From an uncultured Clostridium sp. (GTDB taxonomy: Bacteria; Bacillota; Clostridia; TANB77; CAG-508), in contig CAKNJL010000003.1 in assembly GCA_930982035.1 (NCBI GenBank), positions 858 to 64,857 of the forward strand: 64,000 nt of DNA, given 5' to 3'. Position numbers and translations under genes: made by a program. Positions 29,115 to 38,516 of the stretch are shown one piece after another. The first letter of the stretch is position 1. Each line of letters starts with the position of its first letter. The notes under the pieces were generated by a model, which saw only the letters and a program-made list of their open reading frames with translations, was not told the DNA's origin and made no database searches.

Positions 29115-29918
29115 TTATGAATTTGAATCTACTATTCCTGTTCCTATTTCTGCTCTTATAGATGGATCATAACCTTTTACATAGTTTGTTGTTAATGCTG
29201 CTTTAATTTGTGTTGTTGTGTCATTAGTTATATTTTGAGCACTTAACATACGAGTATATAATTCATATTGAATTGTTTCTAGATGTTCTTTTACATTTTT
29301 AACTTTATTTTTTAATACATCTGAACTTAGTCCTGCAAATTTAATTGCTTGTCCATTTATCAAGTTAACTGTTATTAATTTTTTTATTTGTGTAATGTGT
29401 TCATCTATTCTATCAAACGATGTTGATACTGAATTAGCTAAATTTGTTAAAGCATTCCCATCTGCTATTAGAACAGCTCCTTCTTCACATTCTGATTTAC
29501 CTATAGTTCCTAAGTCCTTTTTTGTTATATTATCAATCAATACATATTGATTTACTGCATCGGCAAATTTTTGTATTTTTCCATATTTTGAATATGATTT
29601 TTTTGTTTGCTCTGAATTTTTCATTTTATGACATACATCTGTTGCTGTTATTCTTACTAATTCTTCTACCACTGTACTAATCTTGTTTAAGCGAACAACT
29701 CCTTCTGTATCCCACCAACTTGCAAAACTTGCAGCTGCATCATCATACCATTTTCCTTTCATCATAATTGTTTCTATAAATGTTCTTGCAACATTTCTTA
29801 CCTCTGTTTGTATCTCTCTTGTACTAAGTACTAAACTATTTAAATAAAGATTATATTCTGCTAAATTATATTGTCCATCTGCTTTAAATTTTCCTGATAA
29901 ATCTTTTAATTTTGGCAT
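29115..29918 (-). CDS. hypothetical helical protein upstream of essC (possible T7SS-associated substrate/accessory; unassigned)
   Basis: 267 aa, no TM, predicted helical; own terminator, so separate transcription unit from essC. Confidence 0.35.
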   Translation of the reverse strand: MPKLKDLSGKFKADGQYNLAEYNLYLNSLVLSTREIQTEVRNVARTFIETIMMKGKWYDDAAASFASWWDTEGVVRLNKISTVVEELVRITATDVCHKMKNSEQTKKSYSKYGKIQKFADAVNQYVLIDNITKKDLGTIGKSECEEGAVLIADGNALTNLANSVSTSFDRIDEHITQIKKLITVNLINGQAIKFAGLSSDVLKNKVKNVKEHLETIQYELYTRMLSAQNITNDTTTQIKAALTTNYVKGYDPSIRAEIGTGIVDSNS

Positions 29919-30041
29919 ATTCTTTTCCTCCTTTTATATCCTAACTATACAAATTTAAGTTTTTTTGTATGTTAAATTAACAATAACCTAAAAAAAAATG
30001 TTTGTCAATACATATTTTATAATTTTTTTATTTTTTAAATT

Positions 30042-30965
30042 CTATCTCCTTCTATCTACCGCATAGCTACTTCCCATTACTGATTTTGCCGCATGTTTTA
30101 CTTGTGCTCCTACTTCTCCTATTTCTAGTATATTACTAAATCTTCCTGTATCTGCAACAACAACTCCTATTGAAAGTGATGTTAGAGGAAATTGTTCTAT
30201 TATTCCTTTTCTATTTTCAACTTCAATATATCCTCTTTCTAAGTCCTTATCTGTAAAGAATCTTTTTACTTGACTATCAAACATTGTTAGTATATTTTGA
30301 CATATCTTTTCACAATTTATTGATGGCAATATTGCTACAAAATCGTCACCACCAATATGCCCTACAAATGCTTCTTCCGTAAGGTCTGTGTGTACTCCTC
30401 TTAAAATTGTTTCTGCTGTAAATTCTATTATTTGATCTCCTTTTACAAATCCATATACATCATTATATGCTTTAAAATTATCTAGGTCTAAATACAATAC
30501 AGAAAAAGGTTCTCCTTTTGATATTCTCTTTTTTAATTCAGCATGTATTTGGACATTTCCAGGTAGTCCAGTAAGAGGACTTACCTTTCTATTGTTAGTT
30601 AATAATCTATTTAAATTTTTTACTGTGTAATAAAGATATTCTTCATCTACTGGTTTCTTAATATAATATTCTATAGATTCTCTTAATATTTTCATTCTAT
30701 GTTCTTTATCATTGTTAGATGAAACAACTATAACTGGTGTTATTTTATTATCTTCATCTCGTCTTATCTGTTTGCAAATTCCTACTACTTCTCTATCTAT
30801 TGCATCTTCATTAATAATAATTAGAGAAGGTATGTTTTTTAATGCTATGTCTATTTGCTCAGATTTGACACTTATGAATTTGTAATCTTTATCATTTTTA
30901 AATAATTCTCTAAATATAACTATAGATGAATCGTCATCATCAATAATGTAAATTTCCTGAACCAT
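30042..30965 (-). CDS. response regulator with receiver domain and GGDEF domain (diguanylate cyclase-like, GGDDF variant)
   Basis: N-terminal REC (DD...K), C-terminal LTGLPG...YLDLDNFKAYND...GGDDFVAIL. Confidence 0.7.
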   Translation of the reverse strand: MVQEIYIIDDDDSSIVIFRELFKNDKDYKFISVKSEQIDIALKNIPSLIIINEDAIDREVVGICKQIRRDEDNKITPVIVVSSNNDKEHRMKILRESIEYYIKKPVDEEYLYYTVKNLNRLLTNNRKVSPLTGLPGNVQIHAELKKRISKGEPFSVLYLDLDNFKAYNDVYGFVKGDQIIEFTAETILRGVHTDLTEEAFVGHIGGDDFVAILPSINCEKICQNILTMFDSQVKRFFTDKDLERGYIEVENRKGIIEQFPLTSLSIGVVVADTGRFSNILEIGEVGAQVKHAAKSVMGSSYAVDRRR

Positions 30966-30966
30966 T

Positions 30967-31737
30967 TTAATCCCCCTCTTTTTTTCTCTTTTTTAATTCT
31001 ATTTTTTTATTAAGAATTTCTGTAAACTCTTTAGTATCTATTGCTGGGAATGCTTTCTTTAATCTATATGCCCTTTTATACAAATTTCTTAATGTTTTAT
31101 CTCTTTTAGTTTTTAATTTGTCTACTAGCATTTGAATATTATCATTTGTAACATTTTTTTCTTTTAGTTCTAACAATTTTTCTTTGATTTGCTCATTTAT
31201 TTCTTCTATTTTTTGTAATGTTGTTTGTATATTTTTTACTTTTACTATACTTATTATTGCATCAATTAATAATATTAGTGCTATTATGCTAGCTATTATT
31301 GCTACATATATATAATCTACATATCCTATTATGTGTTGTATAAATGGATGTATATATTTTATAAATAAAACTCCTAATACTCCCCAAGCTAATGAATTTG
31401 CTAGACATACTCTTCCTTTAAAATTAAATCTATTTTTAGAGTAATCCCAATATTTAGTTTTGAATAACTTTTCTAAAAGTACTCCTACTATATATTCCCA
31501 TATTGATAAAACTATAAAAGATATAAAAAACAATAAAATAATATTATTTTCAAATCTATTTAAAAATAATATCATTATTATGGCCCCGAATCCATATATT
31601 GGACAAAATGGCCCTATAAGAAATCCTGTATTTATTATTTTTCTTTCACATATAGTTCTTACTATACTTTCTAATGTCCAACCTAAAAATGAATAGATAA
31701 TAAAATATATTAATATATAAAAAAATGTATTATCCAT
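30967..31737 (-). CDS. polytopic membrane protein (putative ABC-transporter type IV / CmpB-like family) with C-terminal charged coiled tail
   Basis: 256 aa, 5-6 TM helices, FLGWTLE start motif; 1-bp gap to downstream GGDEF gene. Confidence 0.4.
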   Translation of the reverse strand: MDNTFFYILIYFIIYSFLGWTLESIVRTICERKIINTGFLIGPFCPIYGFGAIIMILFLNRFENNIILLFFISFIVLSIWEYIVGVLLEKLFKTKYWDYSKNRFNFKGRVCLANSLAWGVLGVLFIKYIHPFIQHIIGYVDYIYVAIIASIIALILLIDAIISIVKVKNIQTTLQKIEEINEQIKEKLLELKEKNVTNDNIQMLVDKLKTKRDKTLRNLYKRAYRLKKAFPAIDTKEFTEILNKKIELKKRKKEGD

Positions 31738-31892
31738 TTTTTCCCCTTAACAAAAAATATTTTAAAAATTTTGATTTAGTAACAAAATGTATTTTATTTA
31801 ACTACAAAATATTAGTTTTAATATGTTCTCATTCACAATTGTTATATTTTGTCGAAATCAAAATACATTTTGTTACCTGTCCCCAATTGTAT

Positions 31893-32804
31893 TTATTTAT
31901 TTGCTCTAACTTTTCTTGTATCAGATGCTATTCCATCAACATTATAAGCTGTTATTTCTAGTATATTTTCATCATTTTCTATTAGTGGAAATCTATATTT
32001 TACTTCTGTTGCATTATCTTCTACTGTAACAGTTTTGCTTTCACCTCTTAATGTAACTTCTACTCTATCTAATCCTGTTTCATCTGTAATTGTAACTAAG
32101 TAATTTTCTTTTGCTTCATCTGCTCCTATTTCTATAACTGGTTTTGTAACTCCTTTTACTTTTTGTTCTTTTGTAATTGTTTCATTATTTACATCTACTA
32201 ATATTACTGTTAAATTATGTTCTCCCATTGGTATATCTATTTCTTGATCAACTGTTGTTGAATTGATATCTATTCTTTGTTCTTCCTCATCATCCCATCT
32301 ATATGTCATATATGATATCTCTGTCTCATTTTCTGCTGTTATTTTTAATTTACTTCCAGATACAGCTAAATTAATTATATCTTCTGCTGTATAGTCTATG
32401 TCTGTAGATATTTCTTGTCCATTTATATCTATAGCTCTTACATTTAACGTGTTTGTTCCGCCTGGGATTTCTACTTCTATTTCTATATTTTTTCTTCCAT
32501 TTCCCGTTACTGTTTCTACTTCTCCATCATTCCATTTGTATTCGATTCTATCTATTGCCTTGTCATGTGCAACTGATACTAGTACTGTTTTTTCGTCTTT
32601 TTGTGTTTCTGTTATTGTTGGCTTGGTTACTTCTGAATTTTTACTTTCGTTATCTTTATACATTGCATATGAACCTGTCCCTATCATGAAAACTCCAAAT
32701 ACAATCATTACTATTGCAAATACTTTAACAATTGTTTTTATATCTGCCGGTCCGCTTCTTTTCTTTTTAGATGTAGCTTCACTTGTGGCTAAGATTTGAT
32801 TCAT
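31893..32804 (-). CDS. single-pass membrane protein with repeated Ig-like/beta-sandwich extracellular domains
   Basis: TM helix IVKVFAIVMIVFGVFMIGTGSYAMY; start moved to Met10 (RBS agaggtg; promoter TTTACA-17-TGgTATAAT at 32837..32865 overlaps the longer ORF). Confidence 0.5.
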   Translation of the reverse strand: MNQILATSEATSKKKRSGPADIKTIVKVFAIVMIVFGVFMIGTGSYAMYKDNESKNSEVTKPTITETQKDEKTVLVSVAHDKAIDRIEYKWNDGEVETVTGNGRKNIEIEVEIPGGTNTLNVRAIDINGQEISTDIDYTAEDIINLAVSGSKLKITAENETEISYMTYRWDDEEEQRIDINSTTVDQEIDIPMGEHNLTVILVDVNNETITKEQKVKGVTKPVIEIGADEAKENYLVTITDETGLDRVEVTLRGESKTVTVEDNATEVKYRFPLIENDENILEITAYNVDGIASDTRKVRANK

Positions 32805-32902
32805 ACTTTTCACCTCTTTAACATTCTTCATGGCAAATTATACCATACCAATTTTTAATTGTAAAGTCTAACTTTCATTAAACTTTTTTAAGGGCTGTTT
32901 GC

Positions 32903-33183
32903 AAAATCATTAAGTTATAGATTGGTAAAGGACACCACTATGTCAAAGTATATAATATAAAAAAATGAACGATTTTGCATATCTAAATTTGAATTAGAAA
33001 TTCTTAAAGAAAAAAAGGTGTGATATGCACGGTACTCTCGATAAGAGAGGGTCTGAGTGCAAGAACACCTCTTTTTCTTTTAAAATTTCTTTGAAAATTT
33101 AGCTTATATAAAATTGTGAATGATTTTATATTATATACTTTGACATAGTGGTGTCCTTTACCAATCTATAACTTAATGATTTT
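32903..33183. repeat. 58-bp perfect inverted repeat (32903..32960 / 33126..33183) flanking a 165-bp segment that contains a bidirectional terminator hairpin
   Basis: aaaatcattaagttatagattggtaaaggacaccactatgtcaaagtatataatataa and its exact reverse complement; core ggtgtgatatgcacgg..ctctcgataagagag..gtgcaagaacacc flanked by A and U tracts. Confidence 0.7.
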
Positions 33184-33184
33184 G

Positions 33185-33210
33185 AGGACACTCCTTTCGT
33201 TGAGTGTCCT
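33185..33210. terminator. perfect hairpin gaggacactc-ctttcgtt-gagtgtcctc
   Basis: 10-bp stem, U-run on plus strand. Confidence 0.4.
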
Positions 33211-33248
33211 CTATTTTCTAAAAACATATGTCTAAGAAGTATTCTTCA

Positions 33249-36200
33249 TTATAACACAAATCTCTTAATTAGGACTATTCCTCCTGCTAATGTTCCTAAC
33301 ACTGTAAATCCTAATGTAAAATACATTACTGCTCTACCTGTTTCTATTGATAACAATACTGGGGCGTCATCTATATCGTCTTCTCCCTCTACTTGGTTAT
33401 CTGGTGTTGAGTCTCTATCTGGTACTCCTTTGTCATTATAGTCTTCTGATATTTCTGCTATATTTGTCATTTGTCCCATATTGTCTTCTCCATTTATCCA
33501 TGTTAATACTACTTCCACTTCTGCTGACTCTCCTGGTTGTAATAATGTATTTTCCAATAATCTTGTTGATATTATATTATTTCCTTCATCTGTCCAGCCT
33601 GGATTATCTTCTGCTACAAACATTAGTCCTTCTGGTACATAGTCTGTTATTTCTTTTGCATATCCTGCTATGTCTCCTTCGTTTGTTACTCTTATTTTGT
33701 ATCTGAATTTTACTGTTACATCATTTAAGTTCTTTCTATATAATTCTACTTTTACTACTGGCTCTGGATCCATTTCTGCTGTGTGTCCTGTTTGTGTTAC
33801 TGTTTCTTTTCCGTCTTCTATTACTATTGCTTCTGTTACCCATTTTCTTAATGCTAAATCAAAATATGTTAGTTTGATATATTCTCTATCTTGGTCATCT
33901 TCTCCTTCATTCCATTCATTTGGTGTTGAGTCTATATCTTCTACTGGATTTCCATTTTCATCACTATCTTCTGATATCTGTGCTGAGTTTACTATTATTC
34001 TGTCTGAACCATTTGGCTCTACTACTTCAAATGCTATTTTTACATCTCTATAATCTGGATTTCCTTCTCCTATTGGCTCATCTGGGTTAAATGCTTGTAA
34101 TAGATTTTCTCCTTCTGTCTCTTCTTGTTCTTTTGATAAATAATCTGTTCTTATTTCTACTGCTTCGTCTACATTTTCTGTTACATTTCCTTCTTCATCA
34201 TACATTACCCATCTGTATTCTACATTTGTTGCATTTTCTGGTAAGAATCTTAGTCCGTCTGGTATATCATCTGTTATTTCACTTGCATATCCTGCCATAT
34301 CACCTTCGTTAAATACTCTTATTGTATATTCTACTACATTTCCTGTCACTACTTCTACTGGGTCTTTTGTATGATTATATGTTATTTGATTTTCTTCTCT
34401 GTTATAACTTACCTCTGGTACTCTTGTTGTCACTTCTCCTTCATCTACTTTTGTGATGAATTTTCTTAATGCTAAATCAAATTCTTTTTCTTCTATTATT
34501 ACTTTTTCGAAGTCATCATCATCTTCTTGTCCTGGTACATAATCTTTGTCTATTTCATCATCTTTATATCCTGGTAAGTCTTCTGGTATTTCTATATTGT
34601 CTGGCGTTGAATCTTTGTCTGGCACACCTTCTTCATTGTAATCATCTGTTATTTCTGCTAAGTTTGTTAGTTTTACATTTGTTTGTGCTGTCTCTTTTAC
34701 CTTACATGCTACTTTTACTTCTTTGTAGTCTAATGTTGTTCCATCAAATGCTTTTATTAGATTTTGTCTTTGTTCTGTCTCTTTTTCTCTTGATAAATAG
34801 TCTGTTTTTATTTCTACTGCTTCTTCTGCATTTTCTGTTACATTCCCTTCTGCGTTATACATTACCCATTCATATTGTTGATTTGTTTCATGTTCTGGTA
34901 AAAACTCTAGTCCTTCTGGTATATAATCTGTTACTTCTTCTGCATATCCGTCTATTTCTCCTTCATTATATACTCTTATTGTGTATATGATTTCACTATT
35001 TTTACTTACTGTTACTGGTTGTTTTGGATGATTATATGTTGCTGTTCCTTCACTTTCTATTGTACTTGTATCTACTACTGGCTCTCTATTATATGATGTT
35101 CCATCTACTTTACTTATAAATTTTCTTAATGCTAAATCAAATTCTTTTATTTCTTTATTTGGTACTGTTATTGTAATTATATTCCCATTTAAAGAAACTT
35201 TTGCTCCTTGGTCTCCTCCTGATGTTAAACTTACATTTGTTGCTTCATATGTATTACTGTCTTCTCCACTTACTCCTTTTTCTACTTCTACTGTTATATT
35301 TCCTACTATTATATTATATCCTTCTGGGGCTCTTGTTTCTGTTATTGTTATACTATCTGTTCCCGCTTGTGTAATTTGCACTGTCCCTAGATTTAATATT
35401 CCATTTACTGTTGTTCCTGTTTGAGCAGTGCTTTGCCCTGGTAATGTCCAACTAAATCCTGCTCCTGATGTCGTTATTAGATTTCCATCCTCATCTACTT
35501 TTTGTAATTGTAATTCATATGAACCTGTTCTTTCTGATACTAATACTTTTTCGAAGTCATCATCATCTTCTTGTCCTGGGATGTATTGATCTCCTCTTTC
35601 TATTTCTTCATCTCTATATCCTGGTAAATCTTCTGGTATTTGCAAATTATCTGGTGTTGAATCTTTATCTGGTTCATTATAGTCATTATAATCATCTGTT
35701 ATTTCTGCTAAATTTGTTAATTTTACATTTGATTCAACATCTGCTTTTACTTTACATACTACTTGTATTTCTTTATAACTTAATGTTTCTCCATCAAATG
35801 CTTTTATTAAATTCTGTCTTTGATCTGTTTCTTTTTCTTTAGATAAATAATCTGTTTTTATTTCTACTGCTTCTTCTGCATTTTGTGTTATATTTCCTTC
35901 TGCATTATACATTACCCATTCATATTGTTGATTTACTCCATTCTCTGGTAAAAATTCTAATCCTTCTGGTATATAATCTGTTACTTCTTCTGCATATCCG
36001 TCTATTTCTCCTTCATTATATACTCTTATTGTGTATGTTATTTCACTTTCTCTGTTTACTCTAATTGGTTCTTTTGTGTGATTATATGTCCCTGTTCCTT
36101 CACTTTTTATTGTACTTGTATCTACATTTGGTTGTCTATTATATGATGTTCCATCTACTTCACTTATAAATTTTCTTAATGCTAAATCGAATTCTTTTAT

Positions 36201-38312
36201 TTCTTTATTTGAAATTGTTATCTTTATTACTCCATTTTCTAGACTTGCACTCGCATTTGTATTTTCTGGAACAACTTTTGCATCTGTTACTGTATAAATT
36301 CCATTTACTAGTTCTTTTGTTATCTCTACTGTTATGTTTCCTATTAATGGATTGTATCCTGTTGGTGGATTTGTCTCTGTTATCGTTATTGTATCTGTTC
36401 CTGTTTGTGTAATTTCTACTGTTCCTAAATCTAGTAATCCATTTGCAGTAGTTCCTGTTCTATCTTGTTCTTCTCCTGGTAATCTCCAACTAAATCCTGC
36501 ATTTGATGTTGTTATTAGATTTCCATTTTCATCTACTTTTTGTAATTGTAATTTATAATTTCCTTCTGCCTTTGGTATTATTATTTTTTCAAAATCATCA
36601 TCATCTTGTTGTCCTGCAAAATAACTATTATTATCTGTTATGTCTTTTCCATTATTACTTGCATTTCCTCTATATCCTTCATCTTCAGTTACTAATTGGT
36701 CTTTTGTTTGTGTTTGTATCGTTGATGGTTCTGAATCTCTGTCTTTTCCTACTTCTGTTGTTATTGTTTCTCCTGTTACTCCATCTACTTCTTCTGCTAT
36801 CCATGCGATATTTGTTAATATTTTATTATTTGCTCCTGCTGTCCCTGTTACTTTACATTTTATTTGTATTACTTCTGAACTTAATGTTGTTCCATTATAT
36901 GCTGGTAAATTAGTTGTATTTCCTGATTTCCTTGTCAATGTTAATGTATTATTTGTTTGATCATATCCCCCTGCTAATACTTCAAAGTCTCCACTTACCA
37001 CTTCCGTAAATTCTAATCCTTCTGGTAATTGGTCTACTATTTTTGTTGCTCTTCCTTCTTTTTCTCCTTCATTATATATGCTTATACTATATGTAATATA
37101 ATCTCCTGTACTTACTACTACTGGGTCTTTTCTGTTATAATATTCTGCTGTTGTTGTTGTTCCTTGTATTGTTGTTTGATTTATATTTTTAACTGTTCCA
37201 TCTGTATTTAATTGTCTTTCTGCATTTTCTCCTTCTAGATTCGTAATTCCTTTTCCTGTTCCTTCACTATTTGTTATTGATACTATTGATTTTCTTAATG
37301 CTAAATCAAATTCTTGTGGATTTCTTTCTACTTTCATTAATGGTTGTGCATCTCTTTGTTTTGTTGAAGCATACAATATTAATTTATTTTTATGTTTAAC
37401 GTTTGAATCGGCATATTGATTTGCATTTGCTTTTGCTGTTTTTATTAGGTAATTATATAACTTTACAGCTTGTTGTTGTCTTGCATTACCTGCACCTTGA
37501 TCTTCAAATGTTGCCCCTGTTGGGTTATAACTTGCTAAATTTTGGTAAGTTGAAGAATCTGTTGTATAAAATAGCCATGATGACTCATCTGTTTTATCAT
37601 ATTTTCTTTCATCACCATACATTTCATCATAATTTGTAAAATACCATATTGCTGCTTGTTGAACTGACTCTATTTCATCATCTGTTATATAAAACTGTTC
37701 TTCTCCTTCTACTCCTTCAAATTCCTCCCATATATCTGTTACTTTTGCTTGTGTTAATAATTCTTCTCTTTCTGTTTCTGTTGATTCTCCTGGTAAATAA
37801 ATCAAATTAGCTAATGCAAGTAATTCATTATAATGTCCTCCATTTACAAGATTATATAATATTTTATTACTTGTACTTTCATCTTCTTTTGCTATTTGGT
37901 CTCTTTCTGTATACATATCAAATTCTAAGTCATATTCTTGTGTACCTCTTATACCTTCTCCTTCTGTAAATCCTACTCCAGCTTTTACACAATACACATT
38001 AACTTTCATTGGATTAGTTGCAGATGATGTATTATATTGCACAATATTCCATATTTTTGCAGATGGTCCCCCTGTTGTTCCATCGCCATTTGCTTTTGGA
38101 TCTCCAATTGAATACCCTATATTACTTCCTACTTCAATTTCTTGTATTCCAAAATATAGTGATGGATTCATTTGTTTAGCTTCTACTACATTATTCAATA
38201 AGCTTATAATTAAAATAATTATAAAAATAATAATTCCTTTTATTCTATTCATACTAGTTTTCCTCCAATAATTCTTTATTATAAGTATAATCGATTTTAT
38301 AAGTATTTTCAA
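33249..38312 (-). CDS. large surface adhesin: signal peptide, N-terminal thioester-like (TQXA-type) domain, multiple DUF11 and SpaA/CnaB-type isopeptide-fold repeats, C-terminal ETG + TM + KRFVL sorting signal
   Basis: YCVKAGVGF (Cys) and SVQQAAIWYF (Gln) motifs; repeats GDYITYSISIYNEGE..IVDQLPEGLEF (DUF11); ITITETNPPTGYN; C-term LLSIETGRAVMYFTLGFTVLGTLAGGIVLIKRFVL. Confidence 0.7.
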   Translation of the reverse strand: MKILIKSIILIIKNYWRKTSMNRIKGIIIFIIILIISLLNNVVEAKQMNPSLYFGIQEIEVGSNIGYSIGDPKANGDGTTGGPSAKIWNIVQYNTSSATNPMKVNVYCVKAGVGFTEGEGIRGTQEYDLEFDMYTERDQIAKEDESTSNKILYNLVNGGHYNELLALANLIYLPGESTETEREELLTQAKVTDIWEEFEGVEGEEQFYITDDEIESVQQAAIWYFTNYDEMYGDERKYDKTDESSWLFYTTDSSTYQNLASYNPTGATFEDQGAGNARQQQAVKLYNYLIKTAKANANQYADSNVKHKNKLILYASTKQRDAQPLMKVERNPQEFDLALRKSIVSITNSEGTGKGITNLEGENAERQLNTDGTVKNINQTTIQGTTTTAEYYNRKDPVVVSTGDYITYSISIYNEGEKEGRATKIVDQLPEGLEFTEVVSGDFEVLAGGYDQTNNTLTLTRKSGNTTNLPAYNGTTLSSEVIQIKCKVTGTAGANNKILTNIAWIAEEVDGVTGETITTEVGKDRDSEPSTIQTQTKDQLVTEDEGYRGNASNNGKDITDNNSYFAGQQDDDDFEKIIIPKAEGNYKLQLQKVDENGNLITTSNAGFSWRLPGEEQDRTGTTANGLLDLGTVEITQTGTDTITITETNPPTGYNPLIGNITVEITKELVNGIYTVTDAKVVPENTNASASLENGVIKITISNKEIKEFDLALRKFISEVDGTSYNRQPNVDTSTIKSEGTGTYNHTKEPIRVNRESEITYTIRVYNEGEIDGYAEEVTDYIPEGLEFLPENGVNQQYEWVMYNAEGNITQNAEEAVEIKTDYLSKEKETDQRQNLIKAFDGETLSYKEIQVVCKVKADVESNVKLTNLAEITDDYNDYNEPDKDSTPDNLQIPEDLPGYRDEEIERGDQYIPGQEDDDDFEKVLVSERTGSYELQLQKVDEDGNLITTSGAGFSWTLPGQSTAQTGTTVNGILNLGTVQITQAGTDSITITETRAPEGYNIIVGNITVEVEKGVSGEDSNTYEATNVSLTSGGDQGAKVSLNGNIITITVPNKEIKEFDLALRKFISKVDGTSYNREPVVDTSTIESEGTATYNHPKQPVTVSKNSEIIYTIRVYNEGEIDGYAEEVTDYIPEGLEFLPEHETNQQYEWVMYNAEGNVTENAEEAVEIKTDYLSREKETEQRQNLIKAFDGTTLDYKEVKVACKVKETAQTNVKLTNLAEITDDYNEEGVPDKDSTPDNIEIPEDLPGYKDDEIDKDYVPGQEDDDDFEKVIIEEKEFDLALRKFITKVDEGEVTTRVPEVSYNREENQITYNHTKDPVEVVTGNVVEYTIRVFNEGDMAGYASEITDDIPDGLRFLPENATNVEYRWVMYDEEGNVTENVDEAVEIRTDYLSKEQEETEGENLLQAFNPDEPIGEGNPDYRDVKIAFEVVEPNGSDRIIVNSAQISEDSDENGNPVEDIDSTPNEWNEGEDDQDREYIKLTYFDLALRKWVTEAIVIEDGKETVTQTGHTAEMDPEPVVKVELYRKNLNDVTVKFRYKIRVTNEGDIAGYAKEITDYVPEGLMFVAEDNPGWTDEGNNIISTRLLENTLLQPGESAEVEVVLTWINGEDNMGQMTNIAEISEDYNDKGVPDRDSTPDNQVEGEDDIDDAPVLLSIETGRAVMYFTLGFTVLGTLAGGIVLIKRFVL

Positions 38313-38516
38313 TAGTAAATTTAGCTATTTTTATTATTATTTATTCTACCTTAGGGAAATAGCCTTTTCAGTTTTACAATATCATTACAATTTCTTTAAA
38401 TTTTTATTACAAATAAAACTATTGAACAATAACGAGCATTTTTGACGTTTTTCCAAAAAAAGAGAATATTTTTCTATTTAATAGTTAAAATATTCTCTTT
38501 TTTTATTAATTATCTT

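Noticed and set aside
32961-33125. Searched the IR-flanked segment for an outward-facing promoter that would make it a classic invertible promoter switch
   Set aside because: Only weak -35/-10 candidates with wrong spacing. The strongest promoter (TTTACA-17-TGgTATAAT) lies outside the left IR, so a promoter-flip mechanism is not supported by sequence alone; the structure is reported without that claim.
33347-37639. Many plus-strand Leu/Phe-rich ORFs (e.g. 33347..33706, 34469..34990, 36503..36913) and their copies in 38615..41416
   Set aside because: Antisense to the adhesin genes; low-complexity L/F-rich translation typical of the reverse strand of AT-rich, GAA/GAT-rich coding sequence; identical pairs merely reflect the duplicated adhesin DNA.
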